Origin: Candidatus Latescibacterota bacterium
GTDB lineage: Bacteria; Latescibacterota; UBA2968; GCA-2709665
Length of the DNA: 64,000 nucleotides
Direction: 5' to 3'
Assembly: GCA_965219995.1 (NCBI GenBank)
Contig: CBDCOX010000002.1
Coordinates: 1,120,001-1,184,000 of the forward strand
The notes under the pieces: generated by a model
Database searches by the model: none
What the model was told of the DNA's origin: nothing
What the model saw: the letters and a program-made list of their open reading frames with translations, nothing else
Part shown: positions 46,416 through 56,631 of the stretch, piece after piece
How positions within the stretch are numbered: the first letter of the stretch is position 1
How the letters are laid out: every line of letters begins with the position of its first letter
Translations under genes and position numbers: made by a program

Positions 46416-47810
46416 TCAGGCGTGCGCCTGAACGTGACCGTGTCCGGCGCGAACCGCCCCGGCGAGCGCTTCGTCCATCATCGACCGCCTCTCACCCGGA
46501 ATCGTCCAGCGCCGCCGGATATCGGGCGACAGACAGTCGATGGGATCGAAATAGAAGAAGTGCTTTCCGGGTCGCACCGCGGGGCTTGCAAACACCGCGA
46601 CGCCCGTTTCTTCGTTGTAGTATTCGAAGGAATGACCGTCTCGTTTTCCGCCGCCGCCGAGTGTGTCCACGATGAAGGTAGGCGTGTTGAATCCGGCCGT
46701 GGCGCCGCGCAGGCTCTTTTCGAGTTCGAGACCGGCGCGCAGCGTGGTCCTGAGATCCTCAACCCCCTGCACCAGATCGTGAAAGAACACATAGTAGGGC
46801 TGGACGTTGAGAAAGCTCAATTGCTTCACCAGATGCTTCATCGTTTGCGCGCTGTCGTTCACGCCCCGTTGAAGCACGGCCTGATTACGCACCTTGACAC
46901 CTCGTTCCGTCAGCAGGTTCATTGCATCCTGCGTGATTCCGGTGATTTCGTTGGGATGGTTGAAGTGGGTATGCAATACCACTTCCTTGTGCAAGTTGCG
47001 GCCCCGGTCGACCACCGCAACCAGCGCGTCCGCCCAGTCGACGTCGCTCAGGATCTTCCCCGGCATGACCGCAGGCCCCTTGGTCGCAAAACGAAACCGC
47101 CGAATATGCGGGATGTCCAGCAGGGAGTCGCCCACCTCCCTGATCTGGGCCGCCCTGAGGTTGTAGACGTCGCCGCCGCTCACCACCACGTCTTCAACTT
47201 CGGGGCGCGATCTCAAATAATCGAACACCTGGGTCCAGCGTCTCCTGTTTGCGCTCAGGTTCACTTTTTCCACGCCATCCGTATCGAGCCCCACGGCGTA
47301 ACTGCGCGTACAGAAGCGGCAGTAGACCGGGCAGGTATCCAGCGTGAGAAAAAGCGCCCTGTCCGGATACCGGTGTGTCAGTCCGGGAACCGGAGAATCG
47401 CCCTGCTCGTTCAGTGAATCCAGGTGAAGTTCCGGGTGGTCCGGCAGCTGTTGGGAGGCCAACGGCAGGAACTGGGTCCGCAGCGGATCTCCGTACGGAT
47501 CGTCCCAGTTGATCAGACTCAGGATATACGGTGAGATCCGTATGCTCATCGGGGCCCGGCGCAACCCTTCCCGCAGATCGTCGTAGAAGCCCGGTCCGGC
47601 GAGTCCGCCCACGATTTCCTGCAGATTCTCCACACTCGTCGGGGAATTGCGGGCCTGGAATACGTGGGAGTGGAAGGTTTCCGCGTTCACGTTCTCGAAC
47701 GCCGGAATCGTCTTCCAGAATGCATCCCGACGGAACCTGCGATGCGAATGTGCCTCCTCGCGTTCGGCTGCGACAGTGCCGTCGATGACATCGACGCCAG
47801 CGGATTTCAT
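46416..47810 (-). CDS. KamA family radical SAM aminomutase (lysine 2,3-aminomutase-like)
   Basis: THRYPDR, CPVYCRFCTR, SGGD, THFNHPNE, NQAVL, GGGGK PLP lysine. Confidence 0.9.
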   Translation of the reverse strand: MKSAGVDVIDGTVAAEREEAHSHRRFRRDAFWKTIPAFENVNAETFHSHVFQARNSPTSVENLQEIVGGLAGPGFYDDLREGLRRAPMSIRISPYILSLINWDDPYGDPLRTQFLPLASQQLPDHPELHLDSLNEQGDSPVPGLTHRYPDRALFLTLDTCPVYCRFCTRSYAVGLDTDGVEKVNLSANRRRWTQVFDYLRSRPEVEDVVVSGGDVYNLRAAQIREVGDSLLDIPHIRRFRFATKGPAVMPGKILSDVDWADALVAVVDRGRNLHKEVVLHTHFNHPNEITGITQDAMNLLTERGVKVRNQAVLQRGVNDSAQTMKHLVKQLSFLNVQPYYVFFHDLVQGVEDLRTTLRAGLELEKSLRGATAGFNTPTFIVDTLGGGGKRDGHSFEYYNEETGVAVFASPAVRPGKHFFYFDPIDCLSPDIRRRWTIPGERRSMMDEALAGAVRAGHGHVQAHA

Positions 47811-47987
47811 GTCTTCTCTACCCCACCCGGTGTGATGATTCATCATCCAAACCGGACCTGCGGTTTATTCTTCGGCGACGTCGCGTTGCGATGCAGGCGA
47901 CAATCATCGCCCGATAGCCCTCTCAGCGATTCTGAACCGTGGATGTCATTCCGCGAGGGACGCGACGCGCATCGCGAGCCATTCGAA

Positions 47988-48022
47988 GCATCATATGATA
48001 TCATGCTCGCGAAAATTGTCAA
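47988..48022 (-). promoter_or_regulatory. Promoter for the kamA-like gene with operator-like dyad
   Basis: TTGACA-16bp-TATCAT on the minus strand; overlapping palindromes ATCATATGAT and ATGATATCAT cover the -10. Confidence 0.5.
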
Positions 48023-48062
48023 GGCTTTTCCGGCATCGGCCCCGTTTTCCGGGAGAATCCGC

Positions 48063-48091
48063 TTGTTCGGATTTTATATCTTGCTTATATT
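48063..48091 (+). promoter_or_regulatory. Sigma70-type promoter for UPF0182-murQ
   Basis: TTGTTC-17bp-TATATT. Confidence 0.5.
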
Positions 48092-48140
48092 TCGCAAGTT
48101 AGAGAAAGTCTCCACCTGAACGAAGACACAACCCGAAACC

Positions 48141-50903
48141 ATGTCAAAACGCGCGCTCAAGTTTGTTTTACCGGTGGTCGGACTGCTTCTGGGATACACG
48201 GGCCTTCGGCTGATCGTCTTCTTTTACACCGACTGGCTCTGGTTTCAAAATCTCGGATACGGATCCGTCCTCGTCACCACGGCCCTCGCCCGCCTGCTTG
48301 CCTTCTTCGCCTTCGCCGCCGCCTTCACTGCGATCGCGGGCGTCAATGTCTTGATCGCGCACAAGATTGGCCGGCACACCCGGGAAATGCCGCTGGAAGT
48401 CATCGTGGCCGACGCCGAACCCGTGCTTCCCGAACGACGCAAGCGCCAGTTCCTCCTCTGGTCCGGCGCCATCGCGCTGCTGGCCTGCGCGACCGGCCTG
48501 ATCGGCGCCTCGGCCTGGGTGCCGCTGCTGCGTTTCTTTCATCCCACCCCGTTCGGACGCACCGACCCAGTCTTCGACAACGATCTCAGCTTTTATTTCT
48601 TCAGCCTTCCCGCTTACAACTTTGTGCAGGGGTGGCTGGTATTCGCCGTCATCCTCACCGTCATTCTCGTCGGTTTCTCCTATCACCGGGACCGTGCCCT
48701 GCGCAGAGAGAATCGAGGCTGGTCATCCACTCCCCATGTCCGCGCCCATCTCTCCGTACTTGCGGCGGTTCTCTCCTTGATCGGCGCCTGGTGGTACTGG
48801 CTCAAGGAATACGAAATCCTCTATTCCTTCCGTAAGGACGCCTTTTTCGGCGCCGGATATACCGACGTCCACGTTCAGGTATACGCCTACCGGCTCATGT
48901 TGGTCCTCTCCATCCTTCTCGGCGCTTTGCTGGTACACAACGTCCGCGCCCGGAAGTGGTGGCCGATCGCCTGGGGCGGTGGCGCCTATTTCTCGGCAAT
49001 TCTGCTGCTCAGCTGGATTTTTCCGATTCTATTCGATCAGTTCGTGGTCAAGCCCGATGAATTACGGCTTGAAGAACCCTACATTCGAAGGACCATCGAA
49101 CACACACAGCGGGCGTACGGACTGGACCGAATTGAGGAAGTCCCCTTTCCCGCGGAGTCCGATCTGGATGTCGAGGATATCCGCAACAATCTGCCCACCA
49201 TCAGAAACATTCCGCTCTGGGACCGCCGACCCCTGATCGCAACCTACAGCCAACTGCAGGAAATCCGGTCTTATTACCGATTCGGCAGCATCGACGTGGA
49301 CCGGTATTCGATCAACGGCGATTACAAGCAGGTAATGGTGGCCGCCCGCGAATTCTCGCGGGAACAGTTGGCGATACAGGGGGAGACCTGGGTCAACCGT
49401 CACCTGGTCTACACCCACGGGTACGGCTTGTGCATGAGCCCGGCCAGCGAAGTCGGCAAGGAGGGTCTGCCGGAATTCTACGTCAAAGACATTCCGCCCA
49501 GCGCGTCGGTGGACATCCGCGTGGATCGCCCGGAGATCTATTATGGCGAAGCCATGCAGGACTACGTGATTGTCAACACCAGAACGGAGGAATTCGACTA
49601 CCCCCGAGGCGACGAAAACGCCTACACCACCTACCGCGGTGCAGGCGGGGTACCGGTCAATTCGTTCTGGCGGCGGCTTCTGTTCGCCCTGCGATTCGGT
49701 GATCCGTACCTGCTGGTCACGCAGAACCTGAAACCCGAAAGCCGAATACAGTTCGACCGGCACATCGGTCGTCGTTTTCGGGACGAGGGCCCCAGGCGGT
49801 TCCAGAAACTCGCGCCATATCTCCGCTTCGACAAAGACCCATACCTGGTCACGGTGAACGGAAGGCTCGTGTGGATACACGACGCCTATACTGAAAGCAA
49901 CATGTATCCCTACGCCGAACCTTACGGCAGGCCCTACGTACGCGAAGCCAACTACATCCGCAACGCCGTGAAGGCCACGCTCGATGCCTACGACGGGTCG
50001 GTCACGTTCTACGTGTGGGATCCGGACGACCCGCTTATTCGATCCTACATGGAAATCTTCCCGGATCTCTTTCGGCCGAAGGAAGACATGCCCGAGGCAC
50101 TGCGCGCCCACGTCCGTTACCCGGCAGACCTCTTTGAAATCCAGGCGTCGCTCTACAACACGTACCACATGGCATCGCCCCAGGTCTTTTACAACCGCGA
50201 GGATGTCTGGGAACCTGCCATGGAAATCTACGGGGTTTCGGAACGCCCGCGGGTAATGGCGCCGTATTACATCATCGTTAAACTGCCGGACGCCGAACGG
50301 GAGGAGTTCGTCCTGATGCTTCCGGCCACACCGGCCGGAAAGGCAAACATGATCGCCTGGCTTCTCGCCCGATGCGACGGTCCGAACTACGGCCGGCTGA
50401 TGGTCTACAAGCTGCCAAAGAAAAAACTCATCTACGGTCCGATGTTGATCGAACGCCGAATCGATCAGGATACGGATGTGTCGCGGGAAATCACACTCTG
50501 GAGCCAGAGGGGTTCCGACGTGCTCCGCGGCAATCTGCTCGTTGTTCCCATCGAAAACGGCTTCATCTACGTTGAACCGCTCTATTTGAGGGCCACTCAG
50601 AGCGGAATGCCCGAGCTGAAGCGGGTTCTCGTTGCGCACGGCGACAGGCTCGCGATGGCCGAAGACCTCGAACAGGCATTGGATCGGGCCTTCGAAACGC
50701 GGGGATCCGGTCCGGTATTCCAACACCCGCCCGCGAAGGAATCAACGGGATTTCGTATCCTGACTCAAGCCGCCCTGACGCAGTTCGACACGGCGCAATC
50801 CCGCCTGCGGACGGGTGATTTCGCGGGGTACGGCGAAGCCGTACAAGATCTGAGAAAGACACTTCAGCAGTTGCGTGACGAGGCGGGCGCCGAGGAAGAA
50901 TGA
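48141..50903 (+). CDS. UPF0182 (COG1615) membrane protein
   Basis: TDWLWF..LGY, DPVF..D.SFY.F.LP, GAGYTD, NIPLWD, YTHGYG, YIRNAVKA..DAYDG, RGNLL, YVEPLY. Confidence 0.93.
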   Translation: MSKRALKFVLPVVGLLLGYTGLRLIVFFYTDWLWFQNLGYGSVLVTTALARLLAFFAFAAAFTAIAGVNVLIAHKIGRHTREMPLEVIVADAEPVLPERRKRQFLLWSGAIALLACATGLIGASAWVPLLRFFHPTPFGRTDPVFDNDLSFYFFSLPAYNFVQGWLVFAVILTVILVGFSYHRDRALRRENRGWSSTPHVRAHLSVLAAVLSLIGAWWYWLKEYEILYSFRKDAFFGAGYTDVHVQVYAYRLMLVLSILLGALLVHNVRARKWWPIAWGGGAYFSAILLLSWIFPILFDQFVVKPDELRLEEPYIRRTIEHTQRAYGLDRIEEVPFPAESDLDVEDIRNNLPTIRNIPLWDRRPLIATYSQLQEIRSYYRFGSIDVDRYSINGDYKQVMVAAREFSREQLAIQGETWVNRHLVYTHGYGLCMSPASEVGKEGLPEFYVKDIPPSASVDIRVDRPEIYYGEAMQDYVIVNTRTEEFDYPRGDENAYTTYRGAGGVPVNSFWRRLLFALRFGDPYLLVTQNLKPESRIQFDRHIGRRFRDEGPRRFQKLAPYLRFDKDPYLVTVNGRLVWIHDAYTESNMYPYAEPYGRPYVREANYIRNAVKATLDAYDGSVTFYVWDPDDPLIRSYMEIFPDLFRPKEDMPEALRAHVRYPADLFEIQASLYNTYHMASPQVFYNREDVWEPAMEIYGVSERPRVMAPYYIIVKLPDAEREEFVLMLPATPAGKANMIAWLLARCDGPNYGRLMVYKLPKKKLIYGPMLIERRIDQDTDVSREITLWSQRGSDVLRGNLLVVPIENGFIYVEPLYLRATQSGMPELKRVLVAHGDRLAMAEDLEQALDRAFETRGSGPVFQHPPAKESTGFRILTQAALTQFDTAQSRLRTGDFAGYGEAVQDLRKTLQQLRDEAGAEEE

Positions 50904-50907
50904 CCGG

Positions 50908-51822
50908 ATGGCGGATGTGAACACATCAAAATGGGCGTCGCTGTCAACAGAACAGCGGAATCCCGCCAGCGCGCACGTCGACGAGGCATCAACGCTCCGG
51001 ATTCTCGAGCTTCTCAACCAGGAAGACCGCAAGGTCCCGGAGGCCGTGAATGCCGTTCTGCCGCAGGTCGCGGAGGCCGTCGACCTCGTGTCGGGCGCAT
51101 TGAGGAGCGGCGGCCGGCTGTTCTACGCGGGCGCAGGGACGAGCGGGCGGCTGGGTGTCATGGACGCCGCGGAGTGCCCGCCCACGTTCGGGACCGCGCC
51201 CGAATCGGTGCAGGGCATCATCGCGGGGGGCGAACGCGCGCTGCTGTGCGCGGCCGAACGCGCCGAGGACCGTCCGGAAGACGGCGCGGCAGAGCTTCGG
51301 CGCCGGCGCCTGTCGGCGCGGGACATCGTGATGGGTATCGCTGCCAGCGGTGTGACGCCGTTCGTCCTGGGAGCCCTTGCTTACGCCCGACGTACGGGCG
51401 CAGCCACCGTCTTTTTCACGTGCAACCGGGAAGCGGCGGAGCGGGTCGACGCGGACGTCAGGATCGTGCCCGGCGTGGGCCCGGAAGTCATCACAGGTTC
51501 CACGCGCCTGAAGGCCGGCACCGCGACCAAGCTCGTACTGAACATGATCACGACGGCGGCCATGGTCAGACTGGGCAAGGTGTACGGCAATCTGATGGTG
51601 GACCTGACACCCACATGCGAAAAACTCAACGACCGCGCCCGGCGGATCCTGATGGAAACGACAGGGCAGTCCCGCGACAACTGCGGCCGGACGCTCGCCG
51701 AGGCCGGCGATCTCAAGACGGCCATCGTGATGTCAAAACGGGCCGTCTCGAAGGAGACGGCCCGTCAATTGCTCATGAAAAACGATGGCATCGTCAGGCT
51801 GGCGCTGGAAGACAGACTCTGA
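50908..51822 (+). CDS. murQ: N-acetylmuramic acid 6-phosphate etherase
   Basis: TEQRNP, GAGTSGRLG..DAAECPPTFG, AED, GPEVITGSTRLKAGTA, GKVYGNLMVD. Confidence 0.95.
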   Translation: MADVNTSKWASLSTEQRNPASAHVDEASTLRILELLNQEDRKVPEAVNAVLPQVAEAVDLVSGALRSGGRLFYAGAGTSGRLGVMDAAECPPTFGTAPESVQGIIAGGERALLCAAERAEDRPEDGAAELRRRRLSARDIVMGIAASGVTPFVLGALAYARRTGAATVFFTCNREAAERVDADVRIVPGVGPEVITGSTRLKAGTATKLVLNMITTAAMVRLGKVYGNLMVDLTPTCEKLNDRARRILMETTGQSRDNCGRTLAEAGDLKTAIVMSKRAVSKETARQLLMKNDGIVRLALEDRL

Positions 51823-51826
51823 TCAA

Positions 51827-53374
51827 CTATTGCGCGCGTGCTGATTTTTCTCCGATGGTGCCGTAGAAGGCTTTGACCATACGGTCCAGATGTACTTTCG
51901 CATTTTCCGCCGCGTCTCTATCAATCGTGTACTCGGACTTGCCCACCAGCTTCAGACCGTGACCGTAGTCGTCGAACAGTGACTGGCAGAGCGCCTCAAC
52001 CGACACGCCGTCGCGCACGGCGGTCCTGGTCAGGGCGGACTTCGCAGCATCCGAAAACGTCAGTAAAATTCCGTACGCATTCAGAAAATGCGCCGTGTAG
52101 GACGAGATATCCCGGTTCACCAGCAACTTTTGCAGTTCAAGTGACGGATTCTTCACAACGTCGGCAGTAACGGAAAAGGAACGGATATCGGTTGAAGGAA
52201 GCGCTTTTTCGAATTTCAGCAGCGCCCGTTCGCAAACACTCACCAACGCTCTGGCCCCGGTCTGTTCGGTGGACGCCTGTTCCGCAAGTCGGCGCAGGGC
52301 CGCGTCATCGAAGCTCAATTCAATATCGTAGGCCAGGAAGTCCCGCTTCTTTCCAAGAATGACCGAACTGGTCGGACTCTTCAGAATCTGATACAAATCA
52401 TCGACGGAAAGCGGTTCCAGCACGGCCACCACCGGCAGACGTCCCACGAATTCGGACTCGAAGCCGAACGCGATGAGGTCTTCGGTGATCGCCTGCTTCA
52501 GATAGGACACGCGGTCCGCTTCATGGTTTTGCGATCGTTCCGTTTCGGCCTTGAATCCGAGGCTGTTTCGATTGAGACGGCTCTTGATCAGATCCTCGAA
52601 TCCGTTGAACGCGCCGCTGACGATGAAGAGGATGTTTCGCGTGTTGATTTTCTTTCTCTCCATCTTGCCGCTTTGCTGATATTGCATCATGGCTTCCATC
52701 TGTGAAGCCAGGTCGTGAGGCGCCTTGAGGTCCACCTCGGTCTCTTCCATCAGCTTGAGCAGGTTGCGCTGGACGCCGCTCCGGGAAACGTCCGGACCCA
52801 CCAGATTGGGGGTCGAAGCGATCTTGTCGATCTCATCCACGTAGATGATGCCGTACTGGGCCTTCTCGATGCTGCCGCCGGCCTCCCGAACCAGTTCGCG
52901 CACCAGGTCTTCGACGTCGCCGCCGACATATCCGGTTTCACTGAACTTGGTTGCGTCGCCCTTCACAAAAGGAACGCCGATCCGATGGGCGATCAATTTG
53001 ATGAGATAGGTTTTGCCCACGCCTGTCGGGCCGATCAACAGGATGTTGTTTTTGATGTTTCCGACGGAACGGTGTTCGAATTCGGGATCTTCGCGATCCA
53101 GCTTCATCCGGTTGAAGTGGGTGCAGATCTTGGTGGCGAGCACTTCCTTCGCCTCGTCCTGTTTGATCACGTACTCGTCCAGAAAGGCCTCGAGTTCCTC
53201 CGGCTTCAGGTCGAAGTCTATCGACTCGTCCTCCGGTTCCTCCACGCGCGGACCTTCGCTGCTCCCCTCGGCCTCCGCCTGTGGAAACACAACCTGGGCG
53301 CCGTACTTCTGCTCGATAAGCTCCTTAAGGTCCTTCTGCAGTTCCTTGGGATCCACGGGTCGTTGTTCCGGCAT
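51827..53374 (-). CDS. ClpX-like AAA+ ATPase lacking the N-terminal Zn domain, with C-terminal extension
   Basis: NILLIGPTGVGKT, DATKFSETGYVGGDVE, DEIDKI, GVQ, LGF loop, GARAL; SD GGAG before ATG 53374. Confidence 0.88.
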   Translation of the reverse strand: MPEQRPVDPKELQKDLKELIEQKYGAQVVFPQAEAEGSSEGPRVEEPEDESIDFDLKPEELEAFLDEYVIKQDEAKEVLATKICTHFNRMKLDREDPEFEHRSVGNIKNNILLIGPTGVGKTYLIKLIAHRIGVPFVKGDATKFSETGYVGGDVEDLVRELVREAGGSIEKAQYGIIYVDEIDKIASTPNLVGPDVSRSGVQRNLLKLMEETEVDLKAPHDLASQMEAMMQYQQSGKMERKKINTRNILFIVSGAFNGFEDLIKSRLNRNSLGFKAETERSQNHEADRVSYLKQAITEDLIAFGFESEFVGRLPVVAVLEPLSVDDLYQILKSPTSSVILGKKRDFLAYDIELSFDDAALRRLAEQASTEQTGARALVSVCERALLKFEKALPSTDIRSFSVTADVVKNPSLELQKLLVNRDISSYTAHFLNAYGILLTFSDAAKSALTRTAVRDGVSVEALCQSLFDDYGHGLKLVGKSEYTIDRDAAENAKVHLDRMVKAFYGTIGEKSARAQ

Positions 53375-53437
53375 CGTTGTGTATCTCCACAATCGGTACG
53401 CTCGAGTCGGCGACATACTTACGGTCACGGCCGTCTA

Positions 53438-53466
53438 AGAATACCAGGACCGGTCAGAATTGTCAA
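53438..53466 (-). promoter_or_regulatory. Sigma70-type promoter for the clpX-like gene
   Basis: TTGACA-17bp-TATTCT on the minus strand. Confidence 0.6.
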
Positions 53467-53607
53467 GAGTTTCAACCCTTTTCGATCCCTCCCCCGTTCC
53501 CGAGTCCGGGCCTGTGTTCCGGTTCCCGGGCCGGCGGGGTTCCCGGTCCGGCCTTCAGGTAAAGGCCGCAAGCGCACATTACCGACCTCGAATCCGGATG
53601 TTCGGAT

Positions 53608-55335
53608 ATGAACCTCAGCTACTTCACGCTCCGGTGCCTGCGTCACGAACTGAACGAGATCCTGCAGGGGAAACGCGTCAGGCGCGCCATCCTATCCGGC
53701 ACGCACGAGCTCGTTGTCGAAACCGATCACGAAATACACCTGCTGCTTTCCGCCTCGCCCACGACCGGCCGCCTCCAGCGGGTGAACCGCCTTCCGGAGG
53801 CCGCGCACCCCACGCCGCCATGGGTCGAACACCACCTATGCAACAGTGAGATCCAACAGATCGCGCAGCTTCCTCTGGAGCGCATCCTTTCATTCGATCT
53901 GCGGAAGCGCGACCGCATTGGCGGGGAACGCAGATATCGCCTTTACGTGGAACTGATCCACCGGTACAACAACGTCATTCTGACTTCCGAGCCGGACGCG
54001 CGAATATTGGGGGCGCTGCGCCGTGTCGGCGGGAAGAGGGACCGCCAGCGGCGTATTCTGCCGGGCGAACCCTATCGGCCTCCGCCCTCTCAGGATCGGC
54101 TCTCACCTCAGGAACTCACGCCGGCCGATCTCGACGGCGCAATCCGGACGCGTGTGGATCAGCCTGCCCTGGCCCTGGCATCTGTCGTCGCCGGACTGGA
54201 TGTCCCCACCGCGGAGTCGCTGGTCACGGAAGCGGGCGTTGAACCGAACGTGGAAATCGCGCCCCAAACCGTCGAACGACTCCTCGGCCGGCTACGCGCC
54301 CTGTTCGACCGGCCGCCCTTTCTGGATCGACCACAGATACTGAGCGCAAAGGGTCGCCCGGCAACCATCCAGACGCTGCGTCTGCCCCACCTGGCGGGCG
54401 AGGTGGAAACCGTTTGCGACTCCGTCAGCGAAGCGATCGAACGGCTCGCCAGGATGGAGGAAAACCGGCAGCACCACGACGCAGACCGGCACGAGGCGGT
54501 CGCGGCGCTGAAACGGCGCCGCGCATCGCTCGAGAGAAAGGTTGCGCGCATCCGGGCCGATCTGGACGACGCCGGCAAAGCCGAACTTTACAGAAAGTTC
54601 GGGCATATCCTTATGGCCGGGCTGCACAGGGTCCGCCCCGGGGACGCATCCGTTACCCTGCCCGACGTGTTCGATCCGTCCGGGCCTCCCGCGACCATCC
54701 CCCTCAATGCCAACAAGCTGCCCCACGAGAATGCCGCCGCGTACCTGATACGGAGCCGCAAGGCGGAGAAAGCCCGCCCTATCCTGGCGCGTCGTCTTGA
54801 GTCCGCACAGGAGGAACTTGCAGGCGTGGATGGCTTCCTGCAGCGGCTGAGACGAGCCGGCGATCGGGATGAGGTGATGACGATTCGAAACGAACTGGCG
54901 GCGTCCGGGTGGTTCAAGTGGCGCAGGCAGAAACCGTCGGCGGGCAGGAACGCGCCTGTGGATGCGCATCCCAGAAGGTACCTGACTTCGGACGGCTGGA
55001 CGATTCTGGTGGGGCGGAACAACGCCGAGAACGATCGGCTCACGAATGGATCTGCAAGAGACGACCTTTTTTTTCATGCCCAGGGATGCCCGGGTTCCCA
55101 CGTTATCCTCAAGCGTGAAGGAAGGCGACAGAAACCCTCTGAAGCTGCATTGAAGGAAGCCGCGAGCCTGGCGGCGTACTGGAGCAAAGCCAGGCATTCG
55201 CGGACGGTGCCTGTGAATTGCACCGAGGTCCGGTACGTGCGAAAACCCCGGGGCGGCGCCCCGGGGCTCGTCACGATCCAAAACGAAGTTACGCTGTTTG
55301 TCGCCCCCCGTCAGCTCAAGCGTACCGAATCGTAG
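53608..55335 (+). CDS. rqcH: NFACT family ribosome quality control factor (RqcH/FbpA)
   Basis: ERIL, ELIHRYNNVIL, coiled coils, ENAAAY, VGRNNAEND.L, FHAQGCPGSHV, V.KPRG..PG.V. Confidence 0.9.
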   Translation: MNLSYFTLRCLRHELNEILQGKRVRRAILSGTHELVVETDHEIHLLLSASPTTGRLQRVNRLPEAAHPTPPWVEHHLCNSEIQQIAQLPLERILSFDLRKRDRIGGERRYRLYVELIHRYNNVILTSEPDARILGALRRVGGKRDRQRRILPGEPYRPPPSQDRLSPQELTPADLDGAIRTRVDQPALALASVVAGLDVPTAESLVTEAGVEPNVEIAPQTVERLLGRLRALFDRPPFLDRPQILSAKGRPATIQTLRLPHLAGEVETVCDSVSEAIERLARMEENRQHHDADRHEAVAALKRRRASLERKVARIRADLDDAGKAELYRKFGHILMAGLHRVRPGDASVTLPDVFDPSGPPATIPLNANKLPHENAAAYLIRSRKAEKARPILARRLESAQEELAGVDGFLQRLRRAGDRDEVMTIRNELAASGWFKWRRQKPSAGRNAPVDAHPRRYLTSDGWTILVGRNNAENDRLTNGSARDDLFFHAQGCPGSHVILKREGRRQKPSEAALKEAASLAAYWSKARHSRTVPVNCTEVRYVRKPRGGAPGLVTIQNEVTLFVAPRQLKRTES

Positions 55336-55353
55336 TGCCGCCCGCGAGGACTC

Positions 55354-56118
55354 CTACCAGACTTTCGTGTAGTATACCAGCCGGATCTGGCGATCGATGC
55401 TTTCGGACCGCTTGCCGTCTCGAAACAGGTTCTTGACGTCCACTTCGAGATTCAGCCGTTCCGAGGGCATCCACCGCCCTCCCACGTTCAATCTCCCTCT
55501 GCCCGAACCCAGCGAGTTGTCTTCGTTGTCATTGATCGCAAAGTCGTATTCCATCAGCAGCGCAAAAACCCGTTTCAGTTCGACGTCGGCGCCCACAAAC
55601 CCCGATAGATCCCCATCTCCGTCTCCATCTTCGAGGCTTCGATTCAATCCCACGTGCAGTCCCATATCTCCAAGAGGAAATCCGTAGTTCTTGCTCGCCA
55701 CCGCATAGATGCCCTTGGACTTGACCTCGTACCGTTTCAGTTTTTCTTCGTACTCCCCGTATCCCTGGGAGTGATACCCTACGGCAACAGCGGGAACCCT
55801 CATTTCCTCCTCGATCACCCGGACGCGACCGGCCACCTCCACGCGGGGATTCCAGGAAGCCTCACGGCTGCCCACAAGATGCTGTCCCCCGAACGATACA
55901 CCGACGCTGACCCGGTTGTGTACGCCGATTTCGATTTGCGAGAGAATTCCGCTGTCGCCATACAATCGAAGATCCGCTGAAAGGCGGCCAGCGGGCAACA
56001 TGCCGGCAGTCGGCCCGTCCACCAGCCACCGGGGTACGTTGCCCTGGGCAAGCGCAGGACCGGAATACCCACCACAGACGGCAATCAATAGCATCAACCA
56101 CCTCGCGTGCCGTCTCAT
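55354..56118 (-). CDS. Exported beta-barrel-like protein (YjbH-domain-like)
   Basis: Signal peptide ending ALA-Q, LVDGPTAG.L, amphipathic strands, terminal aromatic residue; ATGA overlap with tsaE. Confidence 0.65.
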   Translation of the reverse strand: MRRHARWLMLLIAVCGGYSGPALAQGNVPRWLVDGPTAGMLPAGRLSADLRLYGDSGILSQIEIGVHNRVSVGVSFGGQHLVGSREASWNPRVEVAGRVRVIEEEMRVPAVAVGYHSQGYGEYEEKLKRYEVKSKGIYAVASKNYGFPLGDMGLHVGLNRSLEDGDGDGDLSGFVGADVELKRVFALLMEYDFAINDNEDNSLGSGRGRLNVGGRWMPSERLNLEVDVKNLFRDGKRSESIDRQIRLVYYTKVW

Positions 56119-56573
56119 GGATCTTCTCCGTGGTCAAGGTTGAATCTGCGTAAACCGGAATCCGGTACGTCAATCCGGATGCGCAAGGCCCGCGCAGGCA
56201 GCAGGGATCCGGCGCGCTCCGCCCATTCGATCAGGCAGATGCCGCTACCTGCCAGATAGTCGTCCCACCCCAGGTCGATGAGCGACTCGACGTCCGGCAA
56301 CCTGTACAGATCGAAGTGGTAGACCGATATCGGACGCGACGCGGCGTCGCGGCCTCGGTACTCATTCACCAGAATGAACGTGGGACTGGTCACCCGGTCC
56401 GCCACGTTCAATCCCTCACAGATGCCCTGCGCAAGGCAGGTCTTGCCGCTGCCCAGGTCTCCGATCAGTCCGACACAGTCACCCGGCCGCAAACGGGCGG
56501 ACAACTCCCTTCCGAACGCTCGCGTCCGGTCCGGCGACGTGGATTCGAATACTTCGCTGGTGTCCCGTCCCAA
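56115..56573 (-). CDS. tsaE: tRNA t6A biosynthesis ATPase TsaE
   Basis: GDLGSGKT, VTSPTF, HFDLYRL, LIEWAE; the TTG start lies inside the MITE. Confidence 0.93.
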   Translation of the reverse strand: MGRDTSEVFESTSPDRTRAFGRELSARLRPGDCVGLIGDLGSGKTCLAQGICEGLNVADRVTSPTFILVNEYRGRDAASRPISVYHFDLYRLPDVESLIDLGWDDYLAGSGICLIEWAERAGSLLPARALRIRIDVPDSGLRRFNLDHGEDP

Positions 56574-56631
56574 AAATCCCTCACCACTCTTCCGCCGATT
56601 CAGGCAACTTGCTTTCTGGACAGAACACTCG
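56557..56631. mobile_element. Internally deleted MITE (67 bp) in the 5' end of tsaE
   Basis: CTGG|TGTCCCGTCCCAAAAATCCCTCACC...GATTCAGGCAACTT...GGACAGAACA|CTCG; both termini kept, centre lost. Confidence 0.85.

Noticed and set aside
28416-56631. Repeats as a CRISPR array or integron attC sites
   Set aside because: Dispersed rather than regularly spaced, with TIRs and 4 bp duplications; no cas or intI genes
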